Positions 33,369 to 46,605 of a DNA stretch of 64,000 nt are shown in pieces (position 1 is the first letter of the stretch; every line of letters starts with the position of its first letter). A model generated the notes under the pieces. It saw only the letters and a program-made list of their open reading frames with translations, had not been told where the DNA came from and did not search any database. The stretch is from assembly GCA_034226945.1 (NCBI GenBank), contig CP120455.1, positions 372,001 through 436,000 of the forward strand, given 5' to 3'. Source of the DNA: Picochlorum sp. SENEW3. Taxonomy: Eukaryota. Made by a program: the position numbers and the translations under genes.

Positions 33369-35919
33369 CTATGTGTGTTCTGTATCATCAGTGGCAAGAG
33401 ATTTGTCAGTGATGGTTTCTAATGGTGACATGAATTCTGCTGCCGATGTTGGTGTCCTATGAGGAGACGATTCTGTTCGGTCCATGGATGATTCTGGCCA
33501 CAGATGAGATGATGTCTTGGAATACGATCTGTGAGATTGTAGAATAGAGGTGGGGAATGAGTGGATGGAATTCAAGTCTCCAGATCCTCTTTCTGTGAGA
33601 GAGTTGCCTGATGACTGAGACATCAACACATCTACTGAAACCCATTTGCCATTATTGAATACGAGTTCAACGACACGCGTGTCATCTGTGTTTCTACTCG
33701 AGGTAAAACGCCGGACGTATGATAGTGGGAGAGAGAAGAAAATGTACACCAGCGAGACACCGATAAAGAAACACAGAGAGTACGTGTAGACAAAGTCTGG
33801 TAAATCCGAGCACCTGCAAAGGCATCACCATTGAAGAAGGTAAATATCTATTATGTATATCATGGAAACATACTCAGATCACGTACACAAAGATGATGGC
33901 TAGAATGGCAAAGGAGGGAACCCATGGGAGCAGAATTGAGGGCACCTTCCATGATGTTGGTTCATACTCTAGAGGGCAGAGAATTAGCATGGACAGTGTG
34001 AGCACGAACCAAGCTACTGCGAAATAGATAGAATCAAGCCGCCGAGTGAGTCTGTAGAAAATACCACATCCAATGGATACCCCATTAATGAGCAGTATAT
34101 GGGCCCAGACAAGTAAACGATGCGTCTTCTTTGTCATTTTATGCTGTATTTTGCCAAGACCAAAGTTTTGAAATCTTCCAGGAGTTGCTTCCACTGTTCC
34201 ATATTGTGTATATTTTAATTTGATGTCTGGATAGTATCTCCTTGCTAGGAATGCATTGCATACAAGCCACAGCGTTGCGAGGTAAATAAATGATGCAAGC
34301 TGCGCCAGGTCTCCATACGAGATGAATAGGGCAAAAACACCAGTTGCTATTCCCATGATTATTTGTGCAACCAAGGGGGTCTGCGTCTTTGCGGAAATGT
34401 CAGACATGATTGGAGGGAGCATCCATTCTCTAGCACCAACCATGAGGGTACGAGCGCCCGAGTACAATCCTACCAGAAGAGTTGTTGATATAGCAAATAC
34501 ACCAGCTAAAGCAACGATATACTGCATCCAACCTAAACCACGAAGGGTAAACCCGTAGACAAAAGCATCTTCATAGGCTCTTGCAGAATCTGGGGCACTG
34601 CATGGCACAGGATTTCCTGTGACTGTATCGCTGCATGCTTGCAACTCTCGCACGGTCACAAGGAATGACAGAGACAATGATAAGAAAATATAAATAGCTC
34701 CACTGATCCCGACGGTTGACATGATGGCTTTGGGGGTATCACGAATGTCCCTTGCCTGCAGCACACAATCTGAATCAATCATATCAATCCTATCATTATG
34801 AGACATTGCAACACGTACTTCCTCCACAGCATTACAAATGGCATCAAATCCAGTGTATGAGAACGCTAGAATTGCAAATGACTGGAATAAGCCATCTGCG
34901 CCATTTGGCAGAAAGTCATCAGTAAAAAAGTCAGCCCGCGATTTAGCAAAAGCAGCAATCCCAGTGAAGATGAAAAAGAACAGTGCTGTTATATTGGCGC
35001 ATGTCAGAAACAAGGAACTCTCTTTCATACCGAAACAGAGAGCAACGGTCATGATGAGGACAAATGTGAAGGCCAAAAAGTCCAGTGTGACACCATTCAC
35101 TTCTACAATGATGTCTGATAAAGGCACATTAAACAACAGTCCAAAATACGCTACCAGTCCTCGTGCAACAGCTCCTTCTCCAAGCACATAAAAGATGATC
35201 AGAAACCCTAGTGCAATTGCCGCAGGATACTCCCCAAGTGTTGCAAGTGCGTATGTAAATGCACTTCCAGCAACAGGATACTCCTGTATAATACAATCAC
35301 ACATTGAATCACAGATATCACGAACACACACACATGTGAAGTAGAATGCAACATACATTAGAAAACTCGGCATAACAGGCTGCAGCCGCCAAAAGAGGAA
35401 TTCCAATTAAAGCATACCCAAGGAATGTTGCTGACCTGCATAACACATAGACTCGTTATGCCTGAACACAAACGCCAAGCCCATGCCAACCCACGTACCC
35501 TGCTATTTGACCTTGAACTTCACCAGTCACAATCAGAACGCCGCTACCAACAACCAATCCTGTTCCAATCATGATCAAATCAAACAAGGTGAAGGACCTT
35601 CTTAGGTTGCCTTTCAACATGGACTGCAGCCAAAAGTAGCACATTACAGCGCTGAACGATTCTTCTCTCCATCCTCCATATGTAAACATACCTGATGAAG
35701 CTGTTCCTCTAGGGTTCGTGTCTTAAATGCCAGAGAACTTAACAAACGTGGCAAATGCCGGAATGCCTGCCCAAACTCCCATATCATCAGGTGCCTTCCA
35801 AGGTCCTCTTCATCTGGCTGAACGAACAAATCGTGAATTAAGGTTGGGAAAAAGAGGACGATGGCCATGAAGAACTTTGACAGGCGTTCTGAGCCTGGGA
35901 TTCTGAAACAAAACGACAT
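33369..35919 (-). CDS. Cationic amino acid transporter (APC family)
   Basis: Multi-exon: LRRSFTLFDL..IG.G.VVGSGV, PVAGSAFTY, FSYTGFD, VPSILLPWVP. Confidence 0.92.
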
Positions 35920-36095
35920 TCCAACTTCTGTTTCGTTTATTCAGGTCATCTTTCCACCAATGCCATGATTTGGTACATATTTACAATAAATATTTGAAGC
36001 AAATTTTAGAGAATGCTTCTGCGCCTGTCTTTGCGCCAGCCGAAGAAGAATTTCTATGGCGATGCCTCTTTCTGTAGAATACAGAGGTTTTTATT

Positions 36096-37899
36096 TCAAG
36101 ATTCATACAGTCGAGGGTCCACGAGGCACGTTGAGAAAGACTTGACATCGCACACGAATCCAGTATCTCTCCATTTCTTGAATCGCTGGCGTAAATGATT
36201 CTTTGGAATGGAAAACACCCCAACACTGTCTTCATAATAGAGAACCCTTGAATGAGACAAGAATTCCCTCACGACATCGATTAGCGATAATTTATCACCT
36301 TTCAAGGACTGCTTATGCCCTTTGCCTTTTCCAGAGATGAATTTCAGTGCCATCGTGTCTCCACGCTCCACATAATCTGCAAACATTTCCTCCCAATGCT
36401 TGATGATGGCAAACTGGCATGCCCATAGTCCTGTGCGATGGAGATCTGCGTGAGCCGTGAAGCCACGCTGCGAGGTTGTTCGGCTTTTCCTTGATCCATG
36501 GATACTGTGAAAGATTCCTTCACCCCAAGCCTGATCGAAGATTTTGCACGCCCGCTGCAAGAACTGGTCTTTCTGAGATGATGATTCAGCATCACACCAG
36601 GCTGACATGACTTCATCCAGCATAATATTGTACAGGCCCCTATCTGGGCTCATATTGGATTGTTGAAGAGATTCAAAGAGTTTTATCGCTTCATCAATAT
36701 ATCCTGCTGCCGTGTACAATCGAATAGCCTCTGTCATGAGCGATACATCTGGGGGCTGTATTGTTGGCAGCATACTTTTCAGCATTGCGAGTCCCTCTTC
36801 CACCCGATCCGATTCTCTATACGCTCTCACTATTGCTGTATAATCTCTTGCATTTAAAGTGATACCATTCACAGTGCTCATCTCATTCGCCGTCTCGAGG
36901 ACATGATTCAAATCTCTAGCTGATGCATATGCCATGAGAATAGAACTCCACAGCCTATGTGGCATCTTGATCCGCCCTTGCTTCATCTCACCTACCAATT
37001 TCGTCACTACTTCGGAATCATTGATTGTCCGAATACATGTTTTCATCAGCGTCGAGTATGTATGTGCATCAACTGACATGCCATTCCGTCTCATTTCCTT
37101 GACCACATTAAACGCTTGATCTGGCATATGATTCTCTGCATACACATCCATCAGCAATTTCATCATCTTTTTCGAGGGTTTGATGTTCGCATCACGCATT
37201 ATCTGAATCACAAAAGTACAAAATCTTGGTCGCCGAGCCTTTTTTCCCTGTTCCAACAAAAGCATCCACATGGAAGCATGGGGCAATGGGCTGCGGTCTC
37301 CGTGTATATACTCCTGGAGCATATACTGACAATTATCAAACATGTCTGCCTTTGCATACATCTCTATTATCCTATATTTCATGTATATATCAGGGTGGGT
37401 GGGCCGCAACACATTCTGAAAAGCAATACTGTATACCCTTAGTGCATCTGTAGGATCAGACTGCTGTAACCACTCGGTCATGCGTGTCACAGCTTTTTCT
37501 TGAGACGGAAATCCTTCATAGAGTCCTCGAAGAATCCACATCGTTTCAATATCCCCTGCACAGCAATACAGCATGGCCATTGTATTGCAACTCCTCACAC
37601 ACACCCAAAAACAGTATTATTATTACTATGACTGCTACAGAGCTCTCAATTCACATACCTGCGCCAGCAGATTGACGTAAACCACTGATAAAATCATCAT
37701 CTTCGTGAGGAATCCCAGAAACGCGAGTGCCCACTTCCTTGCTTTGGCTTTTTGACTCTAGACTCCTGTATTGCTCAGGAATACTGATGGTGGTGTTTCT
37801 CACGACACCCTCGTGGATGCTTCTGATTGCAGTCACTCGTGGATCATTCAAACCACCCTTCACAATCACATGATAGATACACAGGCTCCTCCGCATCAT
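36096..37899 (-). CDS. PPR protein with C-terminal SMR domain
   Basis: 35-aa PPR repeats (DAHTYSTLM, PDRGLYNIML); SMR ADLH...FISGKGKGH; intron ~37658-37556; start uncertain. Confidence 0.88.
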
Positions 37900-38304
37900 T
37901 CTCTGACTCCTTGTACATGAACCATGGCATGCCACTTGGGAGCCTCTTCAGGATACTCTTGGGTTTTCATTGGACATCCATCGCCACTTTATATTTCTTA
38001 AACAGTATAGATGCTCCGCATCAAGGCCAATAGTTGTCAAAACACGTAGGCATTGTTTTGTTTTATTCTGGGAATGCAAATGAGTCCATAAATAGAACAT
38101 TATGTAAACATAAAGCAAGATGCTCTTTCGACTCGTATGCTCCTCGCAGGCCAATCGATTTGTGTTATTAATGCAATATATATGTATGAAAATACCATCG
38201 TGGGCGCAGCGATCGTATAGATACGTGAGGAGGCCACGTGTATGTTTTTTCCAATTCATGTTTCAATGACGACGCACTGAGAACAGATATCGTTATCGAT
38301 TACG

Positions 38305-38930
38305 ATGTTTTATACGCTTGATTTATCAAAAGAATTAGAGATTCATCCTCGATTCTTAGGACCAAAGCTCAAGGATGAAATTTATGATAGGCTGCGGCAA
38401 GAAGTAGAGGGGTACTGCACTGGCAAGCACGGTTTCGTCTTGGCAGTGACGAGTTTGTTCTCGATTGGACAGGGATTGATCAGAGAAGGAGCAGGATATG
38501 CTAGATTTAATGTTCAGTACCGATGCATCACGTTCATGCCCCATAAGGGGGAAGTGCTGGATGCAACTGTAAAGTCTGTGAACAAGGTGTGTGTTGTTTT
38601 TCATTTTTGTGACACCAAGGCGGTGTTGAAAGAATACGCTGGGATTGATCCATCGTGACAATTGGTTGTTTTAATGATGTATCTCTGCAGATGGGTTTTT
38701 TCGCAGAGGCTGGTCCTTTGCAGTTGTTTGTCAGCAACCATCTTATTCCAGAGGAATTTGAATTTGATACGTCACATGAACCTGCGTATGTGACGAGTGA
38801 AGGAGACAAAATTATTTCTGGGAGTGAAGTAAGGGTTCGCATTGTGGGTACTCGTGTGGATGCAAATGAGATTTTTGCCGTTGCAACTATGAGTGATGAC
38901 TTTTTGGGGTTGATGAGCATATCAACATGA
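38305..38930 (+). CDS. RPB7: RNA polymerase II subunit RPB7
   Basis: HPRFLGP, VEGYCTGKHG, GEVLDA.V, MGFFAEAGPL, VRVRIVGTR; intron 38587-38690. Confidence 0.97.
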
Positions 38931-39507
38931 TGATTGTAGTACTGAATGCACCGGGTGTTGATGTGAGATACATACATCTCGACCATTGATTGGCAATTTC
39001 TTGTGTGTATACAAGAGTGAGATGCTAGCGTAAAAAACATATAGGGTGCATGGTAGTAGTTTGTGTATGTATGGAGAACCCTCTGGAGCCAAGGCTTCAA
39101 AGGAAAAGAACCTTCTCATGGGGGATAATCATCCGCTTTAGTATTCTATTCAAATGGTATTTATGACAATCCAGTTTGTAAAAACTGTCCATCAAGGTGT
39201 CGAAGTAGTATGCATCTCCAGCGAGTATTTTTACACAGTCTGTGGCATTGCCTTTCAGCCATATGCTGGCTTATAAGCCACAATTATGCCATGCGAGCAA
39301 GGGGGGAATAGTGATCTGCCTGCCCGAGTGTGGTAGATTGACGGGGATATATGATGCTATTCCACGATCGCGTCCATTTTATCTTTATAAGTACTGATAT
39401 TTTGGGGTTCGACAGTGAAAAGACCGAGAAGATTCAAAGGTCGCTTGGGCATTGAAGAATTCGACACCAGCGGTGTGATCTGCTCCCGAGACTCGAAAGC
39501 TTCCCAA

Positions 39508-41541
39508 ATGACCATGGTATGTTTATGGAGACTAGTTCAAGAGATTTTGAATGATACTATAGTACCTTAGATCATCGTGCATTATTTATCAGAGGTTTGT
39601 TGTATTGATCGGGGACTCGTTTCTGCAGCGACTGCCAAGGCAGCTTCTTGTGGGGCTCTTGTTGGGATTTCTGTGGTGCCGCCATGTGCGGGCGTACGAA
39701 GGGGAGGACTATAACCTTGATTATCTCGAGGAGTTTTCGTCCGAAGAGCTGCAGGTGCGTGAATTCCTACAATCGTTCTAGTTGGGGACACCAAGGAATG
39801 CTTCTTCCCCCCTCCCTCAATGTGTGTGTTGATACCGTGTGTGTTCCTTCTTTTATTCAGGCGCCTTCAAGAATGGGCGATACCCGATTATCAGCTGTAG
39901 AGTCCAAATATAGAGTACGGAAGGGTATTAAAATCAATCCAGAGCCTGGTGCATGGATGGTTTTTGAAAACTCCAGCAGGAAGGTAAAGAATGGAGTCAA
40001 CACACGGTTGCATCTGCTGGAACGATGGACTGGGTCGATCCGCTTGAATTATCGTTTCAAATTTTCTTCCAATTTTGAATGGGCCTCTGGTGGTATCCTC
40101 CCTGGGATCCTGGGAGGCAGGTGGTGGTGCACTCCAAATCACAGGAGTTCCCAGTGCTGGAGAGTACAGCTTGGCTGGAATGAACGGGGCGAAGCAGACA
40201 TTGTCAGCCGTATTCCTCAGGCAAAGTCAGATATTTCAAAAATTAGTACTCTTAAATTCCAAAAATCTGCGTGGAATCGTGTGTCAATCGTTGTTCGAGT
40301 GAATACAGGGAGATCCAGTAATGGAGAGGTGGAAATATCTGTGAATGACAAGGTGCTTGCTCTGGAGAGTGGTATCCTTTTCAGTGCTGACAAGACTCGA
40401 AGCGTCTACTTGATGCTGAGTGGAAAGTATCTGAATAAACAAACCATACCAAAGAGCTCTGAGCCTGGAGAAATGATGTACATTTTGGGAAAGGACTATG
40501 AGGTGCAACAGGTGAAGAAAATCCCACCACCACCACCTCCTTCTCCTCCTCCTCCTTCTCCTCCGCCTCCACCACCACCTTCTCCACCACCTCCAATGAT
40601 TATTCCATCACCATCTCCAGTCCCTGCGGAACCAATACCACAACCCATTCCTGATCTCCCATCTGTTCCAACACCAACAGGGCCATACCAATGGCAGGAT
40701 ATGACTCCAGACCAGTATAGAAGGGCACTGATGCTGACATCTATCTTTGAGAATGCAAAGTTAGAACTTCAGTATGGTTTCTGCAAAAACATCAATGATG
40801 GTCGGGGATTCACGTTTGGATTCTGTGGTTTTGTCACAAAGCATGCTGATGGACGACAGGTCATCCAAGAGTACTTGAAGATGCGGCCAGACGATGTCAT
40901 TATGGCAAACTACTTGGAGATTATGAGGCAACCATCACCTGGTAACGACGGCACAAGTCAACTTGTTGGATTCTGTGAAGCTGTTGAAGCTCTTGGAGAT
41001 GATGAAGCATTCAGAAAGGCCCAGGATATAATACAGCAGAGACGGTATTATGAGCCCTCAAGGGTATGGGGCCAGAGGATTGGGGCTCGTTATGGGCTTA
41101 CCAAGGGACAGATATACGATGCTATGATCAACCATGGTCAGGGAAGACAAGATCCATTCTCCATCGACCACATAGTGGAGAAGACAGCACAACAAATGGG
41201 TGGATACCCATTGGATGGAGTTGACGAAATGCAATGGCTCGCCAAGTTTTTAGAAATAAGAGACGTGACGATCAAAGGCGATGGTGATATTTACACCAGA
41301 CGAATTGAATTCTACAAAGCTCTCTTGGACGCTGGGAACTATAACCTTGATGGTGCGTGTCACTGACCAGCTGCTTTAAATTCCCTTCATGTTCATGTGT
41401 CTGATACATTATTCTGTTCTTTGCTCTGCAGGGCCTATATACATTACTACAGAAAAGAGAGGCAATGGGTACACAATCACCAACGTGTACTATGGAAGAT
41501 TTGAAATTTACAGCCTGAAAGAATATAGCATAATTGAATAA
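39508..41541 (+). CDS. Secreted PL14-lyase-like domain + Pro-rich linker + GH46 chitosanase
   Basis: Exons 39508-39516, 39629-39754 (signal peptide), 39861-41352 and 41432-41541 join in frame. FEWASGGILPGILGG (PL14-like); SPPPP repeats; SIFEN...QYG...DGRGFTFG..GF and YDAMINHG (GH46). Confidence 0.88.
40524..40682 (+). repeat. Extensin-like Ser-Pro(n) low-complexity linker
   Basis: PPPPPPSPPPPSPPPPPPPSPPPP encoded by CCA/CCT runs. Confidence 0.9.
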
Positions 41542-41676
41542 AACTGTTCAAGGTAATATCGTTGTTCACCATTACCTTGGCTACAGCACGACAAAATTGT
41601 TCTGAACTCGTATTTACATTCTCTTTGTCCCTGAATTCACTCTTTTTTTCTAAAGACGACACTGTAATACATCACA

Positions 41677-43270
41677 TTATTTGACCTTTTTATCAACGTC
41701 TGTTGCTTCTAACCAGGCTACGTGTCTCTCATCCACATTGTTCACTGCCTTCCACACAGCACTGTTGCACTTGAATCCAGACCCAAAAGCAATCTGCCAC
41801 ACCCTTTCTCCCTTCTTGACACCCTTTTTCGTCTCTATATTCGACAGCACGTACCAAATAGACGAGGAAGAGATGTTTCCATACCTATATAATGTTTCTC
41901 TGGATGGACCGACCATATCATGTGTCAATTCCAACTGCTTTTCTATCGCATCAATGACTCCACGCCCACCAGTATGAATGCAGAAGTGCTCGAATGCAAG
42001 TTTAAAGTCAGGAATGTAGGGCTTAACTTTCATCGACAACACTTTGCGTGCGACTAAATTGACGAAGAATAAGAGCTGCTCTGACAATGGAAGTGTCAGA
42101 GGACCAAGCGTGGTAATATTTGCCTTCAACGCATGCCCCGCGATTTTCATCAAATCTTTCGACAAAAACACACCTGTCTCTTTATTTGAATCCTGCTTTT
42201 GATACACACACTCATAATGTGCATCATCTTGCCCCATATGCGTCCTGACAACATGCATCAGCTGATACTTGGCCCTCTTCTTGTGCCTCCGTCTATTGGA
42301 AAGCACAATGGCAGCACCTCCAACCCTAAACAGACAATTCGGTATCAGCATTGATTTCTCGTTACCAAAGTACCAATTTTGTGTGATATTCTCCGTCGAC
42401 ACCACGAGTGCTGTCGAATTAGGGTACACCTGCAACAGTTGCTCTGCCAAACCAATTGAAATCACTCCAGCGGAACACCCCATTCCAGCAAGATTGTATG
42501 TGATCACATTCGACCTCATCTTGAATTTATTCACAATCATAGCAGACAGAGAAGGCGTGGGATTGAACAAGGAGCAATTTACAATCAAAATATCCACCTT
42601 TTGAGGCTTGATGCCCGTCTTTGCAAGAGTCTCTTCAACACATGTAAACAACACTTCCCGCGCCTCGTCTCGTGCAGCTTCCATGGACGCATCCACCGGA
42701 TCAGACATGATTCCCTCTGGTATATACGTTTCATCACCCAAACCTCCTCGATGAAGCACCTTCTCTTGGAACGTTACAGACTCTTCGGTAAACACACCCT
42801 GCTGCTCCTTCTTCTTGGTCATTTCCATGAACAATTCCTTTGATAGTTTCAAATGGGGCTGCCCCTTATAGCAATGATACCCCAAAAGATACACAGGAGG
42901 CGATCGCTTGGCAAAGTACGTCGCGATGATACTCACAAGCAACAGACAACTCAAGATGAAAACCAGCAAACTGACAGTCACTTCAGTCTCCCGTGCAGTA
43001 AACCAAAGCCTCTCCAGATCACCATTGTGATACATAGATGTCAATTCCAACTACAAAGATCGATATAGACCCGTCAACGCCCTGATCAGGGTACATCAAA
43101 GAGAATGAAAACGTACAAATCCCATGGCAGCAAAAGGCGCCAACGTCAGCACAAGAGCATGGCGTACCAACAAATGATACCCTGCGCGATAGAATTGAAA
43201 ACTATACGTTTAAGAAGACAGATATATCCCATCGTCACGCTGTATAGATCGCTCATACCTCGTTTGACAT
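41677..43270 (-). CDS. KCS: 3-ketoacyl-CoA synthase (FAE1-type very-long-chain fatty acid elongase)
   Basis: NLAGMGCSAG, HFCIHTGGR, YGNISSSS, QIAFGSGFKCNS; two short 5' exons (MSNE; FQFYRAGYHLL...). Confidence 0.96.
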
Positions 43271-43803
43271 ATTTCAACGCAATTGGGGCTCCATGGCGAT
43301 AATCTGCACCAAACGCATACCATGGTCAGATACTGGAATATGAATATTCGTATAACAGTAGTCATTAAGTACCTGGTATATCATCACCAGTTCTATGGTG
43401 AACTCTGCCGTTGCCGTTCATGTCTTGTCAACGACTGCACTGCAGAACTGTCGGAGGAAAGTTCCTGTCAGAGTGGAATAATCAAGACTGAAGCACAATC
43501 TGTGCACAAAAATATAAAATCAGAACTTTTTGAACAGCATGGTGATCACGTTGGGTTGCTGATCAAGTTGCCAGCGGAAGATTCGTGGTTGCTCGTAACG
43601 TGTTAACATGGCAACCGGTCCCATCGACTTTTCAATGGATGGACATGTTTGGTATCGATGGATCCAAGGACCATGGTGTTTTCAGAGGCACCTTCCAAAT
43701 CTCAATCTACTACTACTACTACTACTTGTCGTCAGGGGATATATAGTGGCATGAAGGACGTATACCATCAGGTAGTTACACGATTATATTGTGTTCTAAC
43801 TAA

Positions 43804-45242
43804 TTAGTGATCCTCCTTGTGGCTATCTCGACTACGGCTTGGTGGATTTGCATCCGTGTCAGGAACAGGTGCATGGGGTCCTCCAACCATGGGCATCATC
43901 ATTGGTGCGCCAGCATAGGCAGGGCTGGGCATGTACATATTTGGGGGCCGAGGCATAAAGTGGTAATACCCAGGGCTTGCCATGCCCTGAGGACTTGCCA
44001 TGCCTTGAGGCACCATCATCATGTGCGGTGCCATGAAGTTTGGACGGGCTGATGGCATCCCCTCTGGAGGTGGGGGTGGTGGCGGCGCACTTTCTATTTG
44101 ATATTTCTTGGTCGTTGATCTTCGCTCTTCATTTCCTGCTGGGGCGAATGATGATGGGTTGAACTCTTTGGCATTCACATTAAAGCTGAATGACTTGGCA
44201 TTTGGATTCAGAGTGGACTTCTTCTTCTTGTCTTCCCCTCCGCTGCTATCTATCTTTTGACTATTCTTCAGCTTGAATTCTTCGAATTGACGCCTCGTTT
44301 CATCGTCCACCTTTGGAACCCCGGGATCCAGGTTGAGAGCCTCAAGATTTTTCACATCACCAACAAGAGGCGAGTCCAACTTTGGAGAATTCGTCTTACT
44401 CCCAGTGATATGTGCCCTGACTTTGTTCGCCTCCTTTCGAGCATCGATCGGAATGGACTTTGTCGCTGCCACTCGCTGCGAGTCGCTCAGCACAGCACCA
44501 TATCGCGCCTCTTCATCTACATCATCAACAGCAACACCACGCTCTTCCAACACGTGTATATTTGTTGTCGACGAACTTCCTTTTTCAATTTCTCTTGCAA
44601 TCCGATTGGCTTCTTCCGCACTAATCTTTGACTTTGAATAGTCCAACTCTGTCGTGTACAACTCTTCCTTGTAATCAGACTTGACCCCAAACCGCGCCTC
44701 ATTCAATGCAAACTGATCCCATCTCTGCCCCTCATGCGCATTCATATCATCAAGAGCACCAACAATCTGATCATCAGGCTCTGGAGCCCATCGCTCCAGC
44801 TTTCTACCCTCTTTCCCTCCTCTACCTCGTGAAATCGCAGCATCCGTTCCAAATCCACCAGCATCATCCATGGCCCCAACAGGTCCCAAATCCGCCCCAC
44901 CAATCTTCACATCAACAGCCTCAATCATCTTCCATACAGACGACGACACACTCTTGATCTTTTCAGGCTTGGCAAACTTGACCTCCTGACGGCCATCAAA
45001 TATCAAACTTGCAACCTTGAGGCAAAGTTCTTTCGAGTCAATCGTACTCAGTACCCCCCTGTACTTTGACCCATCCATCATCTGCATAGCCATGAATATT
45101 ATCATTATCGGGGAGAGGTTGTTTCAGAATTGAATTCAGTGAGAACACGCACCGTCACAATCACATCCTGCCCAATCAACACAGAATACACAAAATCCCT
45201 TCTCTTCGCTTCCTGCCCAGAAATATTCTGTTCTCCAACCAT
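43804..45242 (-). CDS. Ataxin-2 / Pbp1 / CID3-4-like protein (Lsm, LsmAD, PAM2)
   Basis: WDQFALNEARFGVKSDYKEELYTT; tandem PAM2 LNPNAKSFSFNVNAKEFNP; one intron near 45152-45085. Confidence 0.93.
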
Positions 45243-45765
45243 GATATGAATATAAATATACTACTGCAGATGCAAGAATGCTCTTGTGGGTAAAGTGCCA
45301 ATCTCGAGTTTCGAAATCAGTCTCCTGCTAGACACACCCACGCTGTATTGCTGTCCCGATTTTCGACAGGTAAGTAAATATAATCAAGTTGGGATGTGTA
45401 TCTACCACGTATCACGTGAAGGCGAACACGGTAGAGAGCGGATGCCAGCTATAGGCGGAATCTCGTATACTACTGTCCCAATTCTACTGCAGAAGAGGGT
45501 CGTTGATGTAAAAATTACATATAGATTCTGCAAATGGTGTAAAAGATGGAGTGGTAACGAAGGATACATGACATGGGATCAACATGGCCATGTGCCATCG
45601 ATCGACCGGTCAAAGGCCATGTGTACTGGGCATACACAAACTGTAAACCTCCTGCTGCTCTAGTACCGATGTACAACAGTGGTACTCGCACGGTCATCAG
45701 TCATGATGGCATCGTCATCTATTTACTACAGTGTTTCAACATGTTCTCAATCAATCAAAATGAGC

Positions 45766-46293
45766 CTAGACCCCAAAGACGCTCTTGGATAGCCTTCTAA
45801 CTCTGGAATAAAAATCTACAGAGTGTATTCGTTTCTTTGGCAAGAAGAATGGGTTGAGCACCAACGGCACCAACAGCTGATGCACCCCTCTAAAAAATGT
45901 CTTGACATTCTCCTCAGATCTCCCATCATGGAGCAGCATCAGTCTCAATCTATTCCCTGGGGTGATGTACCCAGACACTTGTAAATTGTTAAATCTATCA
46001 ACAATCCCTAAAAATGCATCCTTTGTGGCCCACTCGGCATCATCCATAGCGTCCAACGCCGCATGGAGGACAAAATGATATAAATACTGCGGGCGCTGGG
46101 GTTCTTGAGCAGCGTCACCAGGAGCAGGCTTGTGCTCCTGATCATGCTCTGCAGTCACACCTGCAGTGCTGGTAGAAGACACTGATTGTGTAAACCTGGT
46201 CGTGAGGTCTGCATCAAAGATTGGAACATCATCCTTTCCTACGATCACAAGTTGAAGCACTTGAATGGGGCCTTGAGCTTGCATCTGAGCCAT
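45766..46293 (-). CDS. TRAPPC2: TRAPP subunit 2 (sedlin/Trs20)
   Basis: IVGKDDVPIF, FVLHAALD, VDRFN, LMLLHD, VLNPFF. Confidence 0.92.
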   Translation of the reverse strand: MAQMQAQGPIQVLQLVIVGKDDVPIFDADLTTRFTQSVSSTSTAGVTAEHDQEHKPAPGDAAQEPQRPQYLYHFVLHAALDAMDDAEWATKDAFLGIVDRFNNLQVSGYITPGNRLRLMLLHDGRSEENVKTFFRGVHQLLVPLVLNPFFLPKKRIHSVDFYSRVRRLSKSVFGV

Positions 46294-46605
46294 GTGCTGT
46301 TTATGTATTTCCAAGAGGACTAGTACTTTCGCAGAGCCATGGTTTGTCAATATCGCTGGGATCAAGTAAATAAATACAGTAAATGTAGTTTTTGTTTTCA
46401 AGACAACGTCGGCGTGGCATCCATGGAACAACAACAACAACAAGAAGAAGAAAACAAAAACTAGAGCACCGTGCTGTCACAGCGTCGTTTTTTTTCCTTT
46501 TTTGGGACTCCCTATTTAGAACAATTTCCAGGATTTCAGATCTGTATTCAGCCACATACGTGCACTACAGAAATTATTAAATTACGACAGTAGTATTTGT
46601 TGTTC

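Noticed and set aside
43453..43530. GAGGAAAGTTCC resembling RNase P/MRP CR-I
   Set aside because: The complementary partner is only ~55 nt away and no CR-V or other core elements were found.
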